Source of the DNA: Candidatus Saccharimonadota bacterium
Lineage (GTDB): Bacteria; Patescibacteriota; Saccharimonadia; Saccharimonadales; UBA4665
DNA: 32,000 nt
Direction: 5' to 3'
Assembly: GCA_016699955.1 (NCBI GenBank)
Contig: CP064993.1
Location: 360,001-392,000 of the forward strand
The position numbers were made by a program, and so were the translations under genes. Within the stretch, counting starts at the first letter, position 1. Every line of letters starts with the position of its first letter. The notes under the pieces are model-generated. The model was not told where the DNA came from, did no database searches, and worked only from the letters and a program-made list of their open reading frames with translations. Of this stretch, positions 1 to 8,504 are shown in pieces.

Positions 1-255
1 GTATTATTTGAAACCCCCAACCCTCAGGCAGTCACGGTGGGTGCGAATACCTTCTATCTTGATCCTTCCCACCAAAAGCCAATTCCACCCCAACTCCTTG
101 CTTTTATGCTTGAGAGTGTCGGCTTCAAGCCTGAGATAGTGCCCTTGCATCGTGTACGTCCAGAGGTAAATCATCAAGACAAAATTATTGCCGAGATGTA
201 CGAGACTTTATACGGCCATGGAGACTACGCAGTAATAGCCCGTAAGGTTATTTAA
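1..255 (+). CDS. SAM-dependent methyltransferase, C-terminal fragment (5' end lies outside the window)
   Basis: Frame 1 is open from base 1 (VLFETPNPQAVTVGANTFYLDPSHQKPIPP...) to the stop at 253-255. The FYLDPSH..P..P..L...L...GF segment looks like the C-terminal part of class I methyltransferases common in polysaccharide loci. Only about 84 aa are visible. Confidence 0.45.
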   Translation, partial: VLFETPNPQAVTVGANTFYLDPSHQKPIPPQLLAFMLESVGFKPEIVPLHRVRPEVNHQDKIIAEMYETLYGHGDYAVIARKVI

Positions 256-811
256 CGCGAAAGCCTGGGTCGATAGAATATGGTATGTTTCGTTCTTTCT
301 TTACTTTAAACTGTGCCGCTTCATCCCACCAGTCGTAGACCGTAATACCATCCGAGGCAATCAGTGCCGCATCCACATAATAGTCACCATCTGCCAATAC
401 GTTTGGTAGCTCCCATTCTAGTTTCTTAGTATCACCTACTGACATTACGCCCGTTTTAAATTTTTCAATTTTTGTATTTGTTCCTGTAATGTTTTCGCCC
501 GACACAGATCTTATACGTAACCCAACGTTTGGATTTTCTATGTTAGTACTTGCTTCAATCTGATAAAAAATCGTTATGCGCGCTTCTGAAGCGCGCACGG
601 ATACCTTGGTCGTTTTTATTCCACCTTTACCCCAGCGACTACTTTCTTCGCCGAGGGATTCAATCTCAGCCGTACTATCTGTGAATAATTTAGTGTATTT
701 TTGAGCTACCTTATCCGTCTCTCCGGCTTCGATAATCTCGTTATTCTCAATAAGAATCGCTCTGTCACAATATTCACGGACCGCATCCATGTCATGCGAG
801 ACAAATATCAC
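248..811 (-). CDS. ABC transporter ATP-binding protein, C-terminal fragment (H-loop plus Wzt_C-like glycan-binding domain)
   Basis: The ORF begins at the H-loop IFVSHDMDAVREYCDR. It is followed by a beta-rich ~130-aa tail (RWGKGGIKTTKVSV...GDYYVDAAL) like the carbohydrate-binding C-domain of Wzt/TagH-type exporters. It has no independent start context, only a GTG that overlaps the upstream stop. Confidence 0.7.
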   Translation of the reverse strand: MIFVSHDMDAVREYCDRAILIENNEIIEAGETDKVAQKYTKLFTDSTAEIESLGEESSRWGKGGIKTTKVSVRASEARITIFYQIEASTNIENPNVGLRIRSVSGENITGTNTKIEKFKTGVMSVGDTKKLEWELPNVLADGDYYVDAALIASDGITVYDWWDEAAQFKVKKERNIPYSIDPGFRVK

Positions 812-1425
812 TGTAGTTCCACTCTTTTAAGCCTTTTAAAGTAGTTGAAGCACTTACGCTGGAAATCTGCGTCCCCGACTGCTAACACCTCATCGATAAG
901 CAAGATGTCTGCCTTCGCCCGGGTTGCCATGGAGAACGCTAGCCGAACCTGCATGCCAGATGAATAGTTCTTGAGTTTCTGATCCATGAACTCTTCGAGT
1001 TCAGCAAAAGATACAATATCGTCAAACATGGCATCAATCTCTTTGCGGGAGAAGCCCATGAGCGCCCCATTTAGATACACATTGTCGCGGCCAGTCAGTT
1101 CGGGGTTAAACCCAACACCAAGCTCGATGAATGGCACCAAGCGCCCTGCAACCCCCACTTTTCCATCAGTTGGCTGGTAAATACCAGCTATCATCTTGAG
1201 CAGTGTGCTTTTGCCGCTTCCATTGCGACCAACTATGCCGAAGAACTCGCCCTCGTGAACATCAAACGAGACGTCTTTGAGCGCATGCTGTGTTGCCGCC
1301 TTACGCCCTCGCAGTGTCAGCAACGGATGTATGAAAAAGCTTTTTATGGAAGTTACTCGCTCGTGCGGTAAACGAAAATCTTTTGAAAGGTTTGAAACCG
1401 ATACAACAATCTTATTACCCATCAA
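808..1425 (-). CDS. ABC transporter ATP-binding protein, N-terminal fragment (Walker A, signature, Walker B)
   Basis: 205-aa ORF with GRNGSGKST, YSSGMQVRLAFS and LLIDEVLAVGD. It ends prematurely at TGA (808-810), before the H-loop. Confidence 0.8.
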   Translation of the reverse strand: MMGNKIVVSVSNLSKDFRLPHERVTSIKSFFIHPLLTLRGRKAATQHALKDVSFDVHEGEFFGIVGRNGSGKSTLLKMIAGIYQPTDGKVGVAGRLVPFIELGVGFNPELTGRDNVYLNGALMGFSRKEIDAMFDDIVSFAELEEFMDQKLKNYSSGMQVRLAFSMATRAKADILLIDEVLAVGDADFQRKCFNYFKRLKRVELQ

Positions 1426-2234
1426 ACATTCTCCGCAAAACTAGGTGACTGCCGCTTAAAGTACGTGACCGCAAGTATTAGTAGTAGTACGACGATGGTA
1501 GGCGGTATATAAGCATAGGCGCCACCGCCGAAGGCTTGCCACGTCGTGGTTGTTGATGGTGCTATGAGAGCATACCTTGCATCCTGAATAATTTGAGCGA
1601 GTGGATTAAGCAGCGCAACTTTTGCTGCGTCCTGGGAGTACTTGGCTATAAGTGAAATCGGATAGAGGATTGGCGTTGCATAAAAACCAACCTGTAGTAG
1701 AAGCTCCCAAATGTAGTTTGCGTCACGCAGTTTTACATATAACGCGGCCAAGAAAAACGCTACTGACAGAGAGAGAACAAACAGCTCGATTGCAACGGGG
1801 ATAATTAGGACTGCTCGAGGCGCCAACTCTACACCATTCACCGCGATGAGTACTCCAACTATGACAAGGTTAATGGCGAGGTTTATAAGAGCAGAGAATG
1901 AACCTGCGATGACGATGACGTAGCGCGGGAATGAAAGTTTTCGCATAAGGTCTCCCTTCCCGACGATTGCGGACATGCCGTTCATAGTTACTTCAGTGAA
2001 ATAGTTCCAAAGAACAATACCCAGCAACAGGGCGACTGCGAAATGCGGCTCATCGGCACCAAACTTCAAAAAATGTATGAAGATGACGTACATAATCGCA
2101 AAAAGCGCGAGTGGTTTCAGTACCGTCCACACGTAGCCTAAAACAGATCCTTTGTAGCGAATCTTGAAGTCGGTCCTCACAAGCTCACGCAATAAGATAG
2201 CGGGGTAACGGTACCGTTCGATAAAAGGCTTCAT
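1422..2234 (-). CDS. ABC-2 type polysaccharide/teichoic-acid export permease (Wzm/TagG-like)
   Basis: 270 aa with about 6 hydrophobic helices and an N-terminal LVRTDFKIRYKGSVLGYVWTVLKP motif typical of ABC-2 permeases. Its stop overlaps the ATPase start by 4 bp. Confidence 0.85.
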   Translation of the reverse strand: MKPFIERYRYPAILLRELVRTDFKIRYKGSVLGYVWTVLKPLALFAIMYVIFIHFLKFGADEPHFAVALLLGIVLWNYFTEVTMNGMSAIVGKGDLMRKLSFPRYVIVIAGSFSALINLAINLVIVGVLIAVNGVELAPRAVLIIPVAIELFVLSLSVAFFLAALYVKLRDANYIWELLLQVGFYATPILYPISLIAKYSQDAAKVALLNPLAQIIQDARYALIAPSTTTTWQAFGGGAYAYIPPTIVVLLLILAVTYFKRQSPSFAENV

Positions 2235-2322
2235 ATACGCTATACATTCTACCGTGAATCACTCTTTCCGACAATCAATGGTTCACCGACCAAGAGAGTT
2301 TTACTTTCCTAGGGCTCGTCCG

Positions 2323-2328
2323 TATACT
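2323..2328 (+). promoter_or_regulatory. -10-like TATACT 7 nt upstream of the rmd-like ATG (candidate leaderless promoter)
   Basis: TATACT at 2323-2328 and ATG at 2336, with no SD between them. TTTACT at 2300-2305 gives a 17-nt spacer. Confidence 0.4.
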
Positions 2329-2335
2329 ATCTGAT

Positions 2336-3268
2336 ATGAGTAAAGTTATCGTTACCGGAGCGAACGGGTTTGTGGGCAACCATCTCGTACTGGAACTGGC
2401 GCAAGCTGGCTATGAGGTTATTGGTGTTGGCGGTCCACGCGTTCCGGGCATGAAAGATCCTGAGGGTCTTACGCACTACATAGTGGCGGACCTAAACAAC
2501 CCAGAAGAGGTAAGTCAGATAGACTTTACTGGCGTAACTGGCCTCATTCACCTTGCTGGCATGGCAGCGGTTGGTCCATCCTTTGACGACCCGCTTACCT
2601 ACGTTTCGGTCAACGTCGGGCTTCAGGTGCATTTATTCGAAGAGGCTGCGAAGCAGGGTGCAAAACCGAAATTTGTCGTTATCAGCAGCGGTGCGCTGTA
2701 TGACCCGAACGCTTCTCTGCCACTCACAGAAGAGTCTCACGTACTCCCGTCGTCACCTTACGCCGTCAGTAAGATTGGTCAGGAGCAAATGGGTCTTTAC
2801 TACCATTTGCGCGGGTTTGAGGTGGTCATCGCTCGCCCATTCAACCATATTGGCCCAGGGCAGAACCTAGGCTTCATCGTACCTGACCTGACCAAGCAAG
2901 TGATTGACGTGGAGCGTGGTGAGACCGATAGAGTCTTGGCTGGGAACATGGATGCAAAACGGGACTACACAGATGTACGAGATATCGCACGAGCTTATAG
3001 GCTCATGTTGGAACATGGTAGAACCGGCGAGACATACAACATTTGTTCCGGTACTAGCTACAGCGGACAGGAAATGCTTGACCTGATTCTTACGGCTGCC
3101 GATTCACATGCGGTCGTAGAGAATGACCCTACGCGCATGCGTCCCTCTGATACGCCCGACATTTACGGTAGCCACGAAAAACTAACTGCCGATACCGGCT
3201 GGCAGCCAGAAATCCCTCTGGAAGTCACCCTCGCCGACGTTGTCGCCGATTGGCGCAGCCGAGACTAG
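2336..3268 (+). CDS. rmd: GDP-4-dehydro-6-deoxy-D-mannose reductase (Rmd-like NAD-dependent epimerase/dehydratase)
   Basis: Has the Rossmann motif VTGANGFVGNHL and the catalytic YAVSK. ARPFNHIGPGQ, NICSG, DPTRMRPSD and TGWQPEI match my recollection of Rmd-type reductases. gmd lies in the same locus. Confidence 0.7.
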   Translation: MSKVIVTGANGFVGNHLVLELAQAGYEVIGVGGPRVPGMKDPEGLTHYIVADLNNPEEVSQIDFTGVTGLIHLAGMAAVGPSFDDPLTYVSVNVGLQVHLFEEAAKQGAKPKFVVISSGALYDPNASLPLTEESHVLPSSPYAVSKIGQEQMGLYYHLRGFEVVIARPFNHIGPGQNLGFIVPDLTKQVIDVERGETDRVLAGNMDAKRDYTDVRDIARAYRLMLEHGRTGETYNICSGTSYSGQEMLDLILTAADSHAVVENDPTRMRPSDTPDIYGSHEKLTADTGWQPEIPLEVTLADVVADWRSRD

Positions 3269-3289
3269 CCTAGACATTAGGGGTCATTC

Positions 3290-3317
3290 TTGACTTTTAG
3301 TACTTTTTGTTTATAAT
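3290..3317 (+). promoter_or_regulatory. Sigma70-like promoter TTGACT-16nt-TATAAT ending 8 nt before the ATG at 3326
   Basis: TTGACT at 3290-3295, TATAAT at 3312-3317, ATG at 3326-3328, and no SD in the 8-nt gap. Confidence 0.5.
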
Positions 3318-3325
3318 ATATCGTC

Positions 3326-5494
3326 ATGGCTCACCCTGTTGGAAACACTCCTGATCGACCTCCCGTCGTTGATGGCGGTAGCTTTGCTATAACCCACTTA
3401 TCAACCGATCCAGAAGGTTATAACGTATCACTTACCGGTGTTGGGCGTACTGCTCTTTTAGGGGACAGTCTTGCTATCTTGGGTGACCCGGAGATTCCGA
3501 AAAAGGTAAGAGCTGCGGTTTGGGAGGAAATGCGGTTTGCTAAACTGCCCCTGCTTGCATATGTTGCGGAGAAACGCCTTTCGGCACATCAAGCTGAACA
3601 AACTGGAGACAGCCAAGCTGTACAACGGATTCGAGAAAACATTCAACAGGTTATAGGCTCAGGCGATTACGCCACTCAAAGGTTTCAGTATGTGGCGGGG
3701 CAAGGGCTTGGTAAGAAAATCGGTTTTCGCAACCTTATGGAGGACCCAGATAACAGCAACCTGCTTACCGGCTCAGCCCAGCTTGTCCCTTTCTATATGT
3801 ACAATCGCTTCTCGTCTCCTATATATCACAGGGAGGCGCTTGGTCATTTAAGTGAAGCTGCTGCCGTAACGCTGGCGCTCGTCACTGCTGATAACCGTTT
3901 AATCCTGCAACATCGTGCTGTATCACACCGAAATCTTTTGGACGGTAAAATGAGTGGGGGTAATGCCAGCTACAATGATATCCCAGGAGCAAGTGCTGCG
4001 GGGTGGATAGATGCCGCCCCCAAGAAGCACGGTGAAAAAGATGGCACCCCGCCGGACGTCACCACCGAGAGTCTCTTGGGTAGCGTCACGAAGGAGATGG
4101 AGGAAGAATTAGGTCTTGATAAAAAGGAGCTCACGGGTATACGTCTCGTTGCCATGGCACATGATAATATTAAGCCACACACTGAGGTACTTTACCTAGC
4201 AAAGACTCGTCTGACTTTCGAGGAAGTCAGAAAGCACTCCGAGAGTTCGAATAAAAATAAAGGTCTTGCCCCCGAAGATCTTGACGAGAAGTTTTTCGAT
4301 ATCGCAGCCTCGCCGGAGGCTATCAAGACACTACTTTCAGAGGTTCACTGCCCTCTGCCCCCAACCCATGCTGCCGCTTTTCTCGCATGCGGATATAGCT
4401 TGATGCTCGAAAAAGGTAATAAAGCTGCAGCTGACAAGTGGTTGAATGAGGCGAAGATAGGTGTTGCGCAGAATTATACAACGATGGATGCAATGGTAGC
4501 AAAGTATTACAAAACCTTCCCGGGCGCGAATAAGCTTGTCCCTGAGCGTATGTGGAACAAGCACGTTGCTGACAGAAATCTTGACGCTTATACTCCGGCT
4601 TATACACCGAGCGAACAAGGGTTGCCTGACCTAGATGACGAGCTGGTTCGAGTCGGATTAGTACCCGAGGAACGTCGAGTAGTCGACACCGCATACCTAT
4701 TCGATGTTGACGGCGTGCTAACCAACCCTACGACAAAGATTGTCGATAGAGAGGCTATCTTCACGGGGCTGATTGACCGCCTCCAGGCTGGCCTGCCGGT
4801 CGCATTTAACACTGGTCGTTCAACAAAGTGGGTTGTCGACAACGTAGTCCAGCCAATGCTGGAAAGAGCTAGCGACCCGGGCATCCTCCAAAACGCAATC
4901 ATCGTCGGTGAGAAGGGCGCCTCCTGGGCAACGTTTGGCGAAGACGGTACCCCCTTATATGGCATAGCCGATTCGCTAAGTTTGCCAGATACTTTAAGCC
5001 AAGCCGTCGATGAGTTAGCAAGCAAGTATGCCGACACTATGGGTAACCTAGACCCTAAGCAGACGATGTTCTCCGTCGAGATGCTTGATGGTGCCAATAT
5101 CGATGAGTTCCATGTGGTACAAGCTGTCTTTGCGTCTGAGCTTCAGGCCCTACTAGATTCACATCCTGAGGGAGCTATGTTCCGAGTTGATAAAACAGCG
5201 ATTGCAACTGACGTTGAGAGCCGCTACGTTGGCAAGGCACTGGGAGCTGACCGCTTTCTTGAATTTCTCCAAACCCGAGACTTGAAAGCCAAACATTATG
5301 TCGCATTCGGCGATAGCCCTTCCGACCTCGCCATGGCTGAAGAGTTGGCTCGACGGAGCCAGAGCGTAGAGATGGTCTACGTTGGTAATCCTGCAGATAT
5401 AGGTGACGCGCGTACCTTACGCTACGCCGTTAGTCTTCTAGCCGGCAATACGGCAGCAACCGCGAACTTTCTACAGGACGAAAACCACCGTTAG
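3326..5494 (+). CDS. 722-aa fusion protein: unknown N-terminal region + Nudix-like domain + C-terminal HAD-IIB-type phosphatase domain
   Basis: Degenerate Nudix box E-x7-KEMEEELGL (ESLLGSVTKEMEEELGL). HAD motif I is FDVDGVLTNP, motif II is FNTGRS and motif IV is FGDSPSDLAMAEE, with a large cap between motifs II and III. Confidence 0.6.
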   Translation: MAHPVGNTPDRPPVVDGGSFAITHLSTDPEGYNVSLTGVGRTALLGDSLAILGDPEIPKKVRAAVWEEMRFAKLPLLAYVAEKRLSAHQAEQTGDSQAVQRIRENIQQVIGSGDYATQRFQYVAGQGLGKKIGFRNLMEDPDNSNLLTGSAQLVPFYMYNRFSSPIYHREALGHLSEAAAVTLALVTADNRLILQHRAVSHRNLLDGKMSGGNASYNDIPGASAAGWIDAAPKKHGEKDGTPPDVTTESLLGSVTKEMEEELGLDKKELTGIRLVAMAHDNIKPHTEVLYLAKTRLTFEEVRKHSESSNKNKGLAPEDLDEKFFDIAASPEAIKTLLSEVHCPLPPTHAAAFLACGYSLMLEKGNKAAADKWLNEAKIGVAQNYTTMDAMVAKYYKTFPGANKLVPERMWNKHVADRNLDAYTPAYTPSEQGLPDLDDELVRVGLVPEERRVVDTAYLFDVDGVLTNPTTKIVDREAIFTGLIDRLQAGLPVAFNTGRSTKWVVDNVVQPMLERASDPGILQNAIIVGEKGASWATFGEDGTPLYGIADSLSLPDTLSQAVDELASKYADTMGNLDPKQTMFSVEMLDGANIDEFHVVQAVFASELQALLDSHPEGAMFRVDKTAIATDVESRYVGKALGADRFLEFLQTRDLKAKHYVAFGDSPSDLAMAEELARRSQSVEMVYVGNPADIGDARTLRYAVSLLAGNTAATANFLQDENHR

Positions 5495-5502
5495 GTCAAG
5501 GT

Positions 5503-6540
5503 TCAGTCGGATTCGAGTTCTAGGTCATGCTCAACCATAAGCGTTACAAGGCCGGGAAAGTCGACGGCGCGCTTCCAGCCAAGGACGGTTTCGGCTTTGG
5601 TTGGGTTGCCAAGTAAGATGTCCACCTCAGCGGGACGGTAAAATTCTGGGTTTACTTTTACGCGTACCAGACCTTCCTCGTCAACACCTTCTGTTTTTTC
5701 GCCCTCACCTCTCCAGGTGAGATTCATGCCAACTTCGGCAAATGCCAGTTCACAAAAATCGCGGATTGTATGGGTCTGACCGGTCGCAAGTACATAATCG
5801 TCCGGCTTATCCTGTTGGAGCATGCGCCACATACCCTCAACGTAGTCACCGGCATATCCCCAATCACGCTTACTATCGAGATTGCCAAGCTCCAAATATT
5901 CTTGGGTACCCTGCTTGATCCGTGCAACCGACAGGCTGATTTTGCGCGTTACAAACTCGGGTCCACGGCGTTCGCCTTCGTGGTTGAAAAGTATGCCACA
6001 ACTTGCATGCATGCCGTAACTTTCACGATAGTTTTTAGTAATCCAGTGACCATAAAGCTTTGCGACACCATAAGGGCTACGTGGATGAAAGACTGAGTCT
6101 TCGTCATACCCTTTGCCCGGGCGGTTATAGTCAAGACCGCCAAACATTTCAGAAGTAGAAGCCTGATAAAAGCGTGTTGTGTTTTCGAGACCACTTAGAC
6201 GGATTGCTTCAAGCACATTTAGAACACCTTTGCCCGTCACGTCACACGTAAGAATTGGGTCGCGGAATGAGTAGCCTACGTGACTGATGGCCGCAAGGTT
6301 ATACACTTCGTCTGGTTTAATACTCTGAACCGCACGAGTCAGCGCAGAAAGATCAAGCAAGTCGGCCATGACAAGCTCGGCATATGGCATTTCTGCTTTT
6401 AGCTTTTGGTAGCGTGGATGGCTTGCCTCCATTTGGCCGCGAACAACTCCGTATACTTCGTAGCCTTTTTCGTGTAGTAATTTTGCAAGATGTCCGCCGT
6501 CTTGCCCGGCCATGCCCGTTAAAAGCGCTTTCTTCGCCAT
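5503..6540 (-). CDS. gmd: GDP-mannose 4,6-dehydratase
   Basis: LTGMAGQDGGHLAKLL, FYQASTSEMFG, SPYGVAKLYGHWITKNYRESYGMHA and GILFNHEGERRGPEFVTRKI are hallmark Gmd blocks. A GAGGAG SD lies upstream of the ATG. Confidence 0.93.
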   Translation of the reverse strand: MAKKALLTGMAGQDGGHLAKLLHEKGYEVYGVVRGQMEASHPRYQKLKAEMPYAELVMADLLDLSALTRAVQSIKPDEVYNLAAISHVGYSFRDPILTCDVTGKGVLNVLEAIRLSGLENTTRFYQASTSEMFGGLDYNRPGKGYDEDSVFHPRSPYGVAKLYGHWITKNYRESYGMHASCGILFNHEGERRGPEFVTRKISLSVARIKQGTQEYLELGNLDSKRDWGYAGDYVEGMWRMLQQDKPDDYVLATGQTHTIRDFCELAFAEVGMNLTWRGEGEKTEGVDEEGLVRVKVNPEFYRPAEVDILLGNPTKAETVLGWKRAVDFPGLVTLMVEHDLELESD

Positions 6541-6788
6541 ACTGTCTCAGCTCCTCTCATTAAATTCTATAAAAAGTATACCACTCCCTTAGGGTTGATG
6601 GTACGTATGCCTCGGCGTAGTTTATGCTCTGCCTTCATAGAACCCTCGCTGTCTTCGGGTTCGTCCAGGAGCAAGCCAGAAGGCGGTTTCTCTTCTAGGC
6701 GAGGAACTTATCTCCATAGACGAAAGAAAAGTGACTTATAGCCGGTCACGGTGAGTCTGGGGCGGCGGGAGTTTTTAGGCAAGTCGAG

Positions 6789-6794
6789 TATACT
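6789..6794 (+). promoter_or_regulatory. -10-like TATACT 7 nt upstream of the GT4 ATG (candidate leaderless promoter)
   Basis: TATACT at 6789-6794 and ATG at 6802, with no SD. No convincing -35 was seen. Confidence 0.35.
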
Positions 6795-6801
6795 TGAGTG
6801 T

Positions 6802-7893
6802 ATGAGAATCGTCATAGATGCGCGTGAGTTGCGTACCACAACTGGGCGTTACGTTGAGCGCCTGCTCCATTATTTGCAGCAGCTAGACACTCACAACGAC
6901 TACACGGTGCTACTCAAACCAACTGATATGAGTGGCTGGCAACCAATCAGTGAGCGTTTTACGCCGCTAGCATGCCCGCACAAAGAATTCACGTTTGCCG
7001 AGCAGACCGGTTTGTTGCGACAAATTAACGAGCTGCATCCTGACCTGGTTCATTTCCCCATGGTTCAGCAGCCAGTGTTGTATGGTGGTCTAGTTGTTAC
7101 GACAATGAACGATTTAACGACCACGCGTTTTCGCAATCCTTCAAAAAATGTAGTTGTTTTTTGGCTGAAACAACGTGTGTACGTATGGGTGAATAAGCGC
7201 GTCGCGCGTCGCTCAAAGGCACTTATCTCTTATACACATTTTGTGCAACAAGATGTGGCTGCCTTTGCAGGAATATCCCCCGACAAATTTACTGTTGTTC
7301 CGCTTGCGGCCGATGCTATCTTGGATAGCCCCGAGACCGTTCCTGAGCTTAGTGATACGCAGTACGTTATGTACACAGGAAAACCCATGCCACATAAAAA
7401 TTTGGGGAGGTTGATTGACGCGTTTGTGTTGCTGCAAAAAGTCCACCCAGAGCTGCGCCTCGTGCTGGTCGGGAAGAAAGATGGCAACTATGCTCGACAT
7501 GAAGAGCGGGTAAGGGCAGAGGGTATTCGTAATGTTGTGTTTACTGGTTTTGTGAGTGAGGGGCAGCTGCGGTGGTTGTACGAAAACTGCGCCGCCTACG
7601 TTGTTCCTAGCTTGTCTGAAGGCTTCGGGCTGCCTGGGCTAGAGGCAATGATGCACGGTGCGCCAGTCGTCAGCAGCAATGCAACATGTTTGCCGGAGGT
7701 GTACGGCGACGCAGCGATCTATTTCGACCCGCTAGACGTCGCAGATATGGGCACAAAAATTAGTCCTGTAATAGATAATGAAGCGCTACGAAGCAATTTA
7801 ATTTTGCGCGGCAGCGCACAAGCCAAAAAATATTCTTGGCGCCGCACCGCCGAACAAACCCTTGCCGTGTATGAAAAAGCCCTGAAGCGATAA
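6802..7893 (+). CDS. Glycosyltransferase family 4 (GT-B, WbpX/Y/Z-like)
   Basis: The C-terminal EGFGLPGLEAMMHGAPVVSSNATCLPEVYGDAAIYFDP is the GT4 E-x7-E region. I prefer the start at MRIVIDAREL (ATG 6802) to the GTG at 6751 in the ORF track. Confidence 0.8.
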   Translation: MRIVIDARELRTTTGRYVERLLHYLQQLDTHNDYTVLLKPTDMSGWQPISERFTPLACPHKEFTFAEQTGLLRQINELHPDLVHFPMVQQPVLYGGLVVTTMNDLTTTRFRNPSKNVVVFWLKQRVYVWVNKRVARRSKALISYTHFVQQDVAAFAGISPDKFTVVPLAADAILDSPETVPELSDTQYVMYTGKPMPHKNLGRLIDAFVLLQKVHPELRLVLVGKKDGNYARHEERVRAEGIRNVVFTGFVSEGQLRWLYENCAAYVVPSLSEGFGLPGLEAMMHGAPVVSSNATCLPEVYGDAAIYFDPLDVADMGTKISPVIDNEALRSNLILRGSAQAKKYSWRRTAEQTLAVYEKALKR

Positions 7894-7895
7894 CT

Positions 7896-8504
7896 TTAGT
7901 AATATTCTCTTAGTGCCGGGCCAGAGCAGCTAATCTCAATAGTCAAGACTACCTTACCGTCAATAGATACTCTATTGTGATCTTTATCTTCATCATACCT
8001 GTAGTGCACGCCACATCTTATGGATTCGGTCTCGTATATCCGTGACTTAATATAATTTTCTGATATATATTTCTTGTTGCTTTGCGTGTTGTCGCCAAGA
8101 AAACGCCACTTAATGACGGCTTGCGCGTTATCTGCGCCCATAATTATGCCTTTTGTATCATTTTCAGAGGTAGGAAGATATTTTATTGTCGTTGACATTG
8201 TACAGCTCAGGCTTCCATTACTGAACTTTGCTGAGCTGTACCTACAGTATTTTCTTGTTTCTTTAGTGCTTGGGGCGAGTTTGGCGGCTTCATCGACGAA
8301 GGTGGCTATTTGTTTTTCTGCATTTTTGTACATTGTCTTTTCTTTGTATATCAGAGCTTGGTTGACTCCAAAAAGGAGGGTTATGACTAGGGCTAGTGCA
8401 AGGGAGAGTTTACCTATCTTACCGAGACTTTTATACCAGTTCTGTATCTTGGAGATATTTTTCCCTGGTTTATTAGGAAGCTTGGCCTGTTTTATTTTTG
8501 GCAT
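7896..8504 (-). CDS. Small N-terminally membrane-anchored 4-Cys protein, paralog A (unknown function)
   Basis: 202 aa from MPKIKQAKLPNK. It has a Lys-rich tail, then the TM helix LSLALALVITLLFGV, then an ectodomain with 4 Cys, ending IEISCSGPALREYY. It is a paralog of 9728-10330. The longer N-terminus in the track runs into a duplicated GT4 remnant. Confidence 0.6.
   Translation of the reverse strand: MPKIKQAKLPNKPGKNISKIQNWYKSLGKIGKLSLALALVITLLFGVNQALIYKEKTMYKNAEKQIATFVDEAAKLAPSTKETRKYCRYSSAKFSNGSLSCTMSTTIKYLPTSENDTKGIIMGADNAQAVIKWRFLGDNTQSNKKYISENYIKSRIYETESIRCGVHYRYDEDKDHNRVSIDGKVVLTIEISCSGPALREYY

Larger units (their letters stand above)
248..1425 (-). pseudogene. Wzt/TagH-type polysaccharide ABC transporter ATP-binding protein, interrupted by a 1-nt frameshift
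   Basis: The upstream ORF (808-1425) has Walker A GRNGSGKST, ABC signature YSSGMQVRL and Walker B ILLIDEVLAVGD. The H-loop (VIFVSHDM) and the C-terminal domain sit in the -1 frame ORF (248-811). Adding one A to the A4 run (plus-strand T4 at 825-828) gives a continuous ...YFKRLKKSGTTVIFVSHDMDA... protein. Confidence 0.8.

Noticed and set aside
808-831. Programmed -1 ribosomal frameshift or transcriptional slippage as the explanation for the split ABC ATPase.
   Set aside because: No X-XXY-YYZ heptamer is present, and the A-run is only 4 nt, too short for efficient polymerase slippage. A mutation or homopolymer read error is simpler. The question is kept open in the findings.
6751-6801. Longer N-terminal extensions offered by the ORF track: GT4 from 6751, paralog A to 8564, transposase to 9645, paralog B to 10429, SGNH to 13352, hydrolase to 23010, dnaA from 15736 and dnaN from 17431.
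   Set aside because: Internal ATG or GTG starts give canonical N-termini (signal peptides, MRIVID for GT4), better SD or -10 context, and remove overlaps with neighbouring genes. The extensions use rare starts or cross duplicated or foreign sequence.
6541-6801. The 261-bp gmd/GT4 divergent spacer was checked for a tRNA or small RNA. It has a GGTTCGTCC T-loop-like string near 6657-6666 and AGGGTT/AACCCT complementary arms at about 6591 and 6641.
   Set aside because: I could not build flanking T-stem, acceptor or anticodon arms, and I recognise no riboswitch motif. It is probably just divergent promoter and leader sequence; it remains unexplained but unsupported.
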